Positions 46,551 through 53,368 of a stretch of 53,368 nt of DNA are shown piece by piece (position 1 is the stretch's first letter; each line of letters opens with the position of its first letter). Origin of the DNA: Patescibacteria group bacterium (GTDB lineage Bacteria > Patescibacteriota > Saccharimonadia > Saccharimonadales > 2-12-FULL-41-12); contig JBBTSC010000001.1 in the NCBI GenBank assembly GCA_038064875.1, positions 1 to 53,368 on the forward strand, in the 5' to 3' direction. The notes beneath the pieces were generated by a model, which did no database searches, had not been told where the DNA came from, and saw nothing but the letters and a program-made list of their open reading frames with translations. The position numbers were made by a program, and so were the translations under genes.

Positions 46551-46928
46551 ATGAATACAGACAAAAAAATACTTTTAGTAGAAGATGACGATAATTTAGC
46601 AGGAGTTTATTCCGTTCGGCTGGAAGCCGAAGGATTCAAAGTAGCCAGGGTTGCTAATGGCGAAGATGCTCTTGCAAAAGCAATTGAATACAAGCCAGAT
46701 CTGATCTTGCTTGACATAATGATGCCGAAAGTGAGCGGGTTTGACGTTCTAGACATCCTACGTAATACACCAGAGACTACAGAGACAAAAGTCATTATGT
46801 TAACCGCACTTGGTCAAGATAGCGACAAAGCTAAAGCGATGCAAATGGGCGCAAATGACTATTTAGTAAAATCTCAAGTTGTAGTTGCGGACGTTGTTGA
46901 TACTATCAAACAACATCTTGGAATCTAA
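46551..46928 (+). CDS. Single-domain response regulator (receiver only)
   Basis: LVEDD, LLDIMMP (phospho-Asp), MLTA, YLVK; no output domain. Confidence 0.92.
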   Translation: MNTDKKILLVEDDDNLAGVYSVRLEAEGFKVARVANGEDALAKAIEYKPDLILLDIMMPKVSGFDVLDILRNTPETTETKVIMLTALGQDSDKAKAMQMGANDYLVKSQVVVADVVDTIKQHLGI

Positions 46929-46939
46929 GATAATAATTT

Positions 46940-47212
46940 TTATTCTACAGTGACTTCTGTACGAGGAGCTGTTTTGCCGGTAAATAGTTTTACTCGGCGT
47001 TTTTTGAACCTAACGATACCATCTTTTGAAGCGTGAATAGTGAAGTTACGACTTAGAAATGTGCCTTTTCCAGCACGCTTGGTCATACCAACTTGTCGGA
47101 CAATAACTTGTCCAGTTTTAACAGTTTGACCACCAAATAGTTTTACACCAAGCCGTTGACCGGGACTATCATGATTATTTTTACTGGAACCACCTGCTTT
47201 AACTTTCGACAT
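46940..47212 (-). CDS. rpmA: 50S ribosomal protein L27
   Basis: KAGGSSKN..DS.GQRLGVK, GQVIVRQ. Confidence 0.96.
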   Translation of the reverse strand: MSKVKAGGSSKNNHDSPGQRLGVKLFGGQTVKTGQVIVRQVGMTKRAGKGTFLSRNFTIHASKDGIVRFKKRRVKLFTGKTAPRTEVTVE

Positions 47213-47217
47213 CTAAA

Positions 47218-48375
47218 TTACTTTCTTATTAGTGCTACTAGTTCACGTCCTACGAGTTGACCTTTTCTGTGGTAGATAAGATCTTTATCCTCTGCATGAA
47301 CAAACTTAAGCCTATTATAGCCCAATTTCTCGAGAGAATCAAGGGTTCCCAGGTGCTTAAAGCCTTGCCGAGTTTTCCAAGCAGGGACAGCAATACACAT
47401 TCGGAATCCTGGCTTAGTCTGCATGGCGACATTTTTTAAGAATTTAGTATGGATCGTATCACAGTCATTCATTATTTTGGACAGTGTCGCATGATCTGGT
47501 TCAGATGATAGTGGGCGTCCTAAATACGTTTCACCAGCTATCGTATCAGGAGTGTTATCCCAGTCGTAGGTTGTGGCGTCTCCTTGCTCTATAGAGGGTA
47601 GCTCAGCAAATCTATGCTTTTGATTCAGCCAAGCTATATTTTTGTTTGAATATTCAACCATCCGTTCATCGAGGTCAGATCCCATAGCTTTAAAGCCCAT
47701 CAGCAGGGATTCTTGGATTATCACCCCAGTACCACAGAAAGGGTCTAAAACAGTGCTATCAGTATCAGGATTAGCTATATTTATGATTATTTGAGCAAGT
47801 TTCGGCGGTAGCATGCCGACACGTGCATCACGCATTGGGCGATTTTGATCTCGGTGAGCGTAGGCATTAATGTCCTGAACCTCTGTAGTTTGGGCCAGAT
47901 ATGTCCTTTTACTGGCTTTGATAACCAATATCTCAAGGCCAGTAGCGCTGACAAGCCCGTTATGCAGAACTTGTGCTGTTGATAGATAAGTTTCTTTGTT
48001 TGGGACAACGCGTACGCCATGCTTTGATGACTTTATGACCTTTTTTATCTGCAGAGAACTGGCATTAATTTTGCTAGGAGATATACTAAATCCATAAGCG
48101 CTAATACCGAACTTTATTTTACCTTCTGGAATATGGTGCAGGTGCTGAGGGAGGGAGTCAGAGATATACTTTATGATGTCTGGCCAGTTTGTGGTTGGGA
48201 GCACAGTTAGTATTTTGCCTAGTTTTTGAGTTCCGCCCAAACGGCCGAATTCGACATCTGGGGTGTCTACCACACAGGCAAAAGGTGGGAGTGGGGTTAG
48301 AGCTTTTGAGCCATAGAGACTTTCAAGTTCTGCAATGCCAAGGGCAGGCTGTCTGCCTAAAATAGTAACGTACAT
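47218..48375 (-). CDS. Trm11/Trm-G10-like SAM-dependent RNA methyltransferase
   Basis: GMLPPKLAQIIIN, VLDPFCGTGVIIQE, GSDLDERMV. Start re-placed at ATG 48375 (MYVTILGRQ), 7 nt after TG-c-TATAAT. Confidence 0.75.
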   Translation of the reverse strand: MYVTILGRQPALGIAELESLYGSKALTPLPPFACVVDTPDVEFGRLGGTQKLGKILTVLPTTNWPDIIKYISDSLPQHLHHIPEGKIKFGISAYGFSISPSKINASSLQIKKVIKSSKHGVRVVPNKETYLSTAQVLHNGLVSATGLEILVIKASKRTYLAQTTEVQDINAYAHRDQNRPMRDARVGMLPPKLAQIIINIANPDTDSTVLDPFCGTGVIIQESLLMGFKAMGSDLDERMVEYSNKNIAWLNQKHRFAELPSIEQGDATTYDWDNTPDTIAGETYLGRPLSSEPDHATLSKIMNDCDTIHTKFLKNVAMQTKPGFRMCIAVPAWKTRQGFKHLGTLDSLEKLGYNRLKFVHAEDKDLIYHRKGQLVGRELVALIRK

Positions 48376-48431
48376 GACTGTCATTATAGCACCGAAGAGA
48401 TTGCAATCAGATTTGTGATAGAATAACAACT

Positions 48432-49121
48432 ATGAACACAATGAACAACCTTCCAAAAAAAGACGACTCACCTGCAGAAGAAGATTATCGTAGGCCAATG
48501 GGAGACCCCACTGATGAAGGTGCTCAGCCTAGACCCCCGGTAACTCCTAGTCAGTTAGAAAAAGATGAAACCGAGGCTAGACACGAGGAAGAACGTAGAC
48601 AAGAATTAGAAAAAATAGGTGAAAATATAAAAGAAGCACTCAGGATTTCAGAAGAAATAGCTGAGCACTTTGATGCAGGAGAAAAAGATGGGTTTAATCG
48701 CCATGTAAATTTTGATCGTGTGAGTAATGATTTCACATATACTGATCCTGAGAGTGGCAATGTAGCCCATTTTGTGCGGAGGGGAATGGATGGGCTAGAA
48801 GAAGGCCAAGAGAGAATATGCTCAGTAACAGTAACAATTCCTAATAGGGATGATCTGTTAGTGGAGATTGATCTAGACAAAAGAACTACACCGATGACAA
48901 TTGATAACTATTCAGATGAAGCCATGATTTCGCTTATGAACTCACAAGATGAATATGTGAGTTCTGGTTTTTACACAACAGATCCACTAAACTTTCTAGT
49001 AAATGATTCGACACAGCCATGGAGTATAACTCCTTACATGAGTAGCATAGTCGCAGTAAACTCTTTGAAGCAGATAAATGATAACTTGTCCTCTCAGGCT
49101 GAACTTACAGTTACTCAATAA
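48432..49121 (+). CDS. Hypothetical acidic protein
   Basis: 229 aa with a low-complexity P/E/D N-terminus; TG-a-TAGAAT 7 nt upstream. Confidence 0.55.
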   Translation: MNTMNNLPKKDDSPAEEDYRRPMGDPTDEGAQPRPPVTPSQLEKDETEARHEEERRQELEKIGENIKEALRISEEIAEHFDAGEKDGFNRHVNFDRVSNDFTYTDPESGNVAHFVRRGMDGLEEGQERICSVTVTIPNRDDLLVEIDLDKRTTPMTIDNYSDEAMISLMNSQDEYVSSGFYTTDPLNFLVNDSTQPWSITPYMSSIVAVNSLKQINDNLSSQAELTVTQ

Positions 49122-49146
49122 GTTAGTCATCAGTGTCACAGGCACA

Positions 49147-49204
49147 GGCTGAGACAGTATGACATCTCTCAGCCATTGACATATAGTAATAAAGAAATTA
49201 TAAT
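49147..49204 (+). promoter_or_regulatory. Hairpin abutting a perfect-consensus sigma70 promoter
   Basis: GGCTGAGA...TCTCAGCC (49147-74), then TTGACA (49176-81), 17 nt, TATAAT (49199-204); ATG follows 7 nt later. Confidence 0.75.
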
Positions 49205-49211
49205 ATGTGAA

Positions 49212-49712
49212 ATGAGTGAGTTTCGTGACACTTCACCAATACAAGAAGGTTCTATTGAGGACCAAAGAATGTTACTTCTTGATATTCAAGGCCAATTACT
49301 GACCGCCGAGTATGCCGGACTTTTGGGCAAAATCGATGCAATGATGGGAGAAAACGAGTATAGAGGATCCTTTTTTAACGATTGCGATCTGCTGAGACCT
49401 GTTGTGGCTCTTAGTAAACTGAGGACTGAATTTGGAGATTCGATAGATATCTATAATATCCGACTTGTAGGTACAAAAAACACGCCAGTTAGCGTGAGTG
49501 AGAAATATCTTGATTTTCCGGTAGCTGAGTCTATTGGGAGTGATGTTGTTCTGCCTAAGGACGGGTTTGATGATGAGGATGTATCATTAGTCACTAGACA
49601 GATTGCACTGCTTCACACCGCTAGAGAAGAGGGCTTGTTACCAAATCTTAGCGGTAACATGGCGTACATATTTGACCCTTCAACAGCAATTGCTATGAAA
49701 AAGCAGGTATAA
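49212..49712 (+). CDS. Hypothetical acidic protein
   Basis: Start re-placed at ATG 49212 (MSEFRDTSP), because the listed TTG start at 49176 is the -35 box. Confidence 0.6.
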   Translation: MSEFRDTSPIQEGSIEDQRMLLLDIQGQLLTAEYAGLLGKIDAMMGENEYRGSFFNDCDLLRPVVALSKLRTEFGDSIDIYNIRLVGTKNTPVSVSEKYLDFPVAESIGSDVVLPKDGFDDEDVSLVTRQIALLHTAREEGLLPNLSGNMAYIFDPSTAIAMKKQV

Positions 49713-49716
49713 AGCC

Positions 49717-50523
49717 TTAAGCTACTTTTTGTGTTTTGCTAGAGACGCCTGGTCTTAAGAAGTCAACAGCCTTGCGTCCTACGCCTCGAATACCTTTTTT
49801 GGATTGCTTCATTTTCTGCATATCTCGGTCTGCTTCTAGGTGGGTTTGACCGATACCACCAGAGAGGCTAATCTTGACTGGATCTCTCTTTGACCCGTAA
49901 GTTCGGGTACTGAAGTAAGCAACGACCATATCTCGCATCTGCTCAGCTGTCTCTAGGTCCATTCCATCAGCGATAATTGCAAATTCATCACCGCCCAGCC
50001 TGAATAGACGTTCACAATGAAATATTTTGGCGATTTCTTTGATTGATCTAGCAGTATGTTTGATAGCTTCGTCGCCCGCCTCATGACTCACTTTTTTGTT
50101 AATTTTGCCAAAGTTATCTCCGTCAAACATAAAAATTAGAGTGTCAGGGTCCCCCTCTGCCGTAGCAAGAGCTCTAGTGAAAGCAGCATTATTGCCAAAT
50201 CCAGTATGTGGGTCAACTTCTATCGCGCGTGTACTCCTTGCCCTTCGGTCGATTATGGCAGGTGTGATAGCTTCAACTAGCGAGCCTAGCTGGTCGTCAG
50301 CTAGAGGTTTTCCTTGATCATAGTTCCATGCAGCTATATCTGCGATAACATGCATAGAATCATTCTCTGTGGCGAAAAAAGCCTGTGTTTCTCCTTGGTT
50401 TCCAAGATCTGTTGCATTGTCGCTCGCAACTTTCATAGTTGCTGCAATGTAGTCGCTACGTTGCTGATCGCTTTCAGCGCCGTTACCGTTGAGTGTTTCT
50501 GGTGTTGTTTGCGGTTGCTTCAT
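49717..50523 (-). CDS. GGDEF-domain protein (putative diguanylate cyclase)
   Basis: DPHTGFGN, FDGDNFGKIN, HEAGD, FRLGGDEF, ISLSGGIG, ADRDMQKMK. Confidence 0.85.
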   Translation of the reverse strand: MKQPQTTPETLNGNGAESDQQRSDYIAATMKVASDNATDLGNQGETQAFFATENDSMHVIADIAAWNYDQGKPLADDQLGSLVEAITPAIIDRRARSTRAIEVDPHTGFGNNAAFTRALATAEGDPDTLIFMFDGDNFGKINKKVSHEAGDEAIKHTARSIKEIAKIFHCERLFRLGGDEFAIIADGMDLETAEQMRDMVVAYFSTRTYGSKRDPVKISLSGGIGQTHLEADRDMQKMKQSKKGIRGVGRKAVDFLRPGVSSKTQKVA

Positions 50524-50599
50524 CGCTTATGATTATAACAAAAAACGACTAAAAAGTCAATTTTCTAAAGGGTTAGTCAACTGCTATAATTGTAGGACA

Positions 50600-51640
50600 A
50601 TGGGAGAAGTAAAGAGCTATATTTTTCTTAAGTGGAGAGCTGTATTAACAGTCTTTACTCTTATTGCTTTGGCAATTTTAATTTATGCCACTAGACAAGA
50701 AATATCTGAGACTATCTCGAATTTGGGCCGAGTGAATGGGGCTATACTTTTTGCTATGTTGTTTTGGCAAGCACTAAGCTATAACGCATACACACGCATG
50801 TATCAGAGGTACTTTGCTATGTTCAACAAGAAAATACCGTATCGCGATATGCTCAAAATCACACTTGAAATGAATTTTGTTAATAATGTTTTTCCGACGG
50901 CAGGAGTCAGTGGATTCTCGTATTTTGGTGTCAGGATGAAAGAATTCAAAGTCAGCGCAGGAACAGCTACAACAGTTCAATTGATGCGTTTTGTCAGTGT
51001 ATTCTTGTCTTTCCAAGTTTTGTTAGTAGTCGGACTTATTGCTCTGGCTATAGAGGGGAGGGCGAGTAGTCTTGTTATTTTGATTGCAAGCTCTATAGTG
51101 ACATTATTGGCGGTTGGCACGCTAGTCTTGATATATATAGTTAGTGACAAGAGGCGAATCAACAGCTTTATGGTGTTTCTTGCAAAGATTATCAACTGGC
51201 TCTTGCACAAGTTGCACCTTGGCGGACGTGAGTCTATAAAACTTCATAAGGTAGAAGAACTATTTGGTGAGCTTCATGAGAACTATGTCTTCATGAGAGG
51301 CAGACTGTCGTCCCTAAAATCTCCCCTAGGCTATGCGCTTTTCGCGAATATTTGTGACATAGCGATAATATACACTGTCTACCTGGCATTTGGAGCGCCT
51401 ATCAATATCGGGGCTGTGATCATCGCTTATGCTATCGCTAATTTTGCTGGACTAATATCTGTTTTGCCTGGTGGAATCGGTATTTACGAAGGTTTGACAA
51501 CCGCTACGCTATTGGCCACAGGAGTTCCAGCAGCTATCAGCATCCCAGTGGTGATTATGTTTAGGGTTCTTAGTATGCTTATGCAACTACCGATAGGTTA
51601 TTTCTTTTACCACAAGAATATCAACAGAAAGAGACATTGA
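50600..51640 (+). CDS. Lysylphosphatidylglycerol synthase TM-region (UPF0104/MprF flippase-like) membrane protein
   Basis: NFVNNVFPTAGVSG, PGGIGIYEG, VIMFRVLS. Start re-placed at ATG 50600, after TG-c-TATAAT. Confidence 0.85.
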   Translation: MGEVKSYIFLKWRAVLTVFTLIALAILIYATRQEISETISNLGRVNGAILFAMLFWQALSYNAYTRMYQRYFAMFNKKIPYRDMLKITLEMNFVNNVFPTAGVSGFSYFGVRMKEFKVSAGTATTVQLMRFVSVFLSFQVLLVVGLIALAIEGRASSLVILIASSIVTLLAVGTLVLIYIVSDKRRINSFMVFLAKIINWLLHKLHLGGRESIKLHKVEELFGELHENYVFMRGRLSSLKSPLGYALFANICDIAIIYTVYLAFGAPINIGAVIIAYAIANFAGLISVLPGGIGIYEGLTTATLLATGVPAAISIPVVIMFRVLSMLMQLPIGYFFYHKNINRKRH

Positions 51641-51641
51641 G

Positions 51642-52757
51642 ATGTCTGAAACCAGGGAGATGCCAGAGTTCAGTGTCAGTCAGTTTGTAGCTGTTTTTAA
51701 TCAGTCAATTGAGATGCTTTACCCTGTGGTCAGTGTATTTGGTGAGATAGCTAATTTCAAGGTTAGCAAGAATAGATGGGTGTATTTTGATCTAAAAGAC
51801 GAGGAGTCGTCTATCAGGATGTTCGGAACGGTCTATGGTTTGCCGGGTCCGCTGGAGGATGGTATGCAGGTGCAAATTGTCGGTCAGCCGAGGCTTCATA
51901 ATACGTTTGGTTTTAGTATATCTTTCACCAAAATATTGCCAGTGGGCGAGGGTTCTATAAAAAAGGCGAATGATTTACTGTATAAAAAACTGGAAAAAGA
52001 AGGTTTATTTGACGTTGGGCGAAAGAGGGAAATACCGTATCCTCCAGATAGGATTGCCCTGATCAGCTCAAAAGAATCAGCAGGCTACGGTGATTTTTTG
52101 AAGATTGTAAAAAATAGGTGGTCTGCACTGCAAATAAAGACATATAATGTGCAGGTGCAAGGTGCAGACGCACCAGAGCAAATCATCTCTGCGATAAAAG
52201 AAGCTAATTTATCAGATGCCGAAGTGATTGTTATTGTGCGTGGTGGTGGGTCCAAGGACGATCTAGCTAGTTTTGATCATGAGCAAGTTGTCCGGGCGGT
52301 GGCATCAAGTCGTATTCCAACACTCATGGCTATTGGGCATGAGAGAGACGAGAGTCTGGCAGAGCTGGCAAGTGATCTGCGTGCGAGTACACCAAGTAAT
52401 GCTGGTGAGATTTTGGTCCCAGACAAAATGCATGAAATTAAGCTTTTAGAACAAAAAATGTATACACTAGATACTATTTTAAATAGAGTTTTTTCTACTC
52501 AAAATGAGCAAATTAACAAAGATTCAGAGACAATCTATCGGCTTTTTACAGAGGTGATCAGTAGAGAAAAGCACGAACTTGTGGTAAAAAAGCAAATACT
52601 GGCTTCACTCGATCCCAGGGTGCTTTTGGCCCAAGGCTATGCAGTGGTGAAAAAGGCAGGAAAGCGTATTCTGAGCAAAAATCAACTGAAAGTTGGGGAT
52701 GGTCTGGAGATAATTTTGGGAGATGGAACTGTGCATTCAACGGTGGACAAGGTATAA
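51642..52757 (+). CDS. xseA: Exodeoxyribonuclease VII large subunit
   Basis: GEIANFK...YFDLKD (OB fold), IVRGGGSKDDL, AIGHERD, STPSNA. Confidence 0.95.
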   Translation: MSETREMPEFSVSQFVAVFNQSIEMLYPVVSVFGEIANFKVSKNRWVYFDLKDEESSIRMFGTVYGLPGPLEDGMQVQIVGQPRLHNTFGFSISFTKILPVGEGSIKKANDLLYKKLEKEGLFDVGRKREIPYPPDRIALISSKESAGYGDFLKIVKNRWSALQIKTYNVQVQGADAPEQIISAIKEANLSDAEVIVIVRGGGSKDDLASFDHEQVVRAVASSRIPTLMAIGHERDESLAELASDLRASTPSNAGEILVPDKMHEIKLLEQKMYTLDTILNRVFSTQNEQINKDSETIYRLFTEVISREKHELVVKKQILASLDPRVLLAQGYAVVKKAGKRILSKNQLKVGDGLEIILGDGTVHSTVDKV

Positions 52758-52765
52758 TTGTATAA

Positions 52766-52933
52766 ATGAAAAAGAGTTACCGGGAATTAAAGCAAGAATT
52801 AGACGAGGTGATTGACCAGCTCAGTTCGCCGAATATTGATATTGACGAAGCTATAGCGTTGCAGAAAAAAGGCCAAAAACTTATCGATCAGCTAGAGGCT
52901 TATCTGAAAGGTCTGGAAAAAGAAGAGAAGTGA
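52766..52933 (+). CDS. xseB: Exodeoxyribonuclease VII small subunit (55 aa, not in the ORF track)
   Basis: Translated by hand: MKKSYRELKQELDEVIDQLSSPNIDIDEAIALQKKGQKLIDQLEAYLKGLEKEEK*; follows xseA. Confidence 0.9.
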   Translation: MKKSYRELKQELDEVIDQLSSPNIDIDEAIALQKKGQKLIDQLEAYLKGLEKEEK

Positions 52934-53368
52934 TATTTCTACTTTTGGGGTTCGTCTGCATTCTCTTCATAGGAATAGTATTGGTCGGAGCTCCTTATGT
53001 ACCGAGCAAAAGGCTACATATACAGGCAGGGCTCGATCTATTGAACTTAAAAAAGGGCCAAACACTTGTAGAGTTGGGCTCTGGTGATGGACGAGTACTC
53101 AGAGAAGCAAGCAAACGTGGGATTAAATCTGTTGGCTACGAGCTAAATCCAATTTTGTATATTATTTCTTGGGTTTTATGTTGGAAGCACAGATCAAATG
53201 TGACGATAAAATTAAGAAATTATTGGCTTTCTGATCTCTCCAATGCCGATGGTGTTTTTGTCTTTTTGGCGGGTACGTATATGAATCGGTTGGATCGTAA
53301 GATGTTAAAATCAGGCAAGGGAACAAAATTAGTCAGTGTTGGCTTCAAAATCCCTGACAAAAAGCCCC
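52930..53368 (+). CDS. Membrane-anchored class I SAM methyltransferase (FAM173-like), 3'-truncated, not in the ORF track
   Basis: Translated by hand from GTG 52930: MIFLLLGFVCILFIGIVLVGAPYVPS...VELGSGDGRVL...GYELNP. Open to the window end. Confidence 0.8.
   Translation, partial: MIFLLLGFVCILFIGIVLVGAPYVPSKRLHIQAGLDLLNLKKGQTLVELGSGDGRVLREASKRGIKSVGYELNPILYIISWVLCWKHRSNVTIKLRNYWLSDLSNADGVFVFLAGTYMNRLDRKMLKSGKGTKLVSVGFKIPDKKP

Noticed and set aside
1626-52740. The many 60-164 aa ORFs in the track that lie antisense or off-frame within longer genes (e.g. 34838..35332, 43613..43930, 30613..30936, 29495..29779)
   Set aside because: They are shadows of well-supported genes, with no motifs, start signals or coding-like composition
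1-53368. Alternative genetic code (TGA=Gly, as in Gracilibacteria/Absconditabacteria)
   Set aside because: Conserved genes are full length under code 11, and parA, xseB and others end at TGA at the expected positions

Overview
Chromosomal segment of a small-genome, monoderm-type bacterium, most likely Patescibacteria/CPR and probably Saccharibacteria. The lineage is inferred from gene content, very tight gene packing and the type of giant surface protein; no marker search was run. The standard code applies, since TGA is used as stop in parA, xseB and others. The window has about 50 CDS. Most form a housekeeping backbone: rplU, parAB, lepB, LCP, htrA, rpmE-prfA/prmC, rpsB-tsf-frr-rseP-proS-greA-lysS, rlmD-rsmE, serS-hpf-secA-prfB, ftsEX-PcsB-like CHAP-ctpA, pyrG, rpmA and xseAB. 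Short cassettes interrupt this backbone: serC-serA, an archaeal-type purO plus a stand-alone AICAR transformylase, an SDR, a GNAT, a GGDEF protein and several acidic orphans. The window opens inside a >1740-aa modular adhesin-like gene. The most striking items are: (1) a heliorhodopsin-family protein that keeps the retinal Lys but has Tyr at the usual helix-C counterion, gains Asp at Lys-4 in helix G, and carries a Lys-rich N-terminal tail; (2) a 161-bp TA-flanked palindromic element after tsf; (3) a pervasive -10 box 6-9 nt before start codons, suggesting leaderless mRNAs, including a 23-bp symmetric bidirectional promoter; and (4) a small family of CTTAAG-bounded hairpins just after stop codons. 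No rRNA, tRNA, CRISPR array, transposase, integrase or reverse transcriptase was recognised. All calls come from reading motifs by eye, with no database searches.
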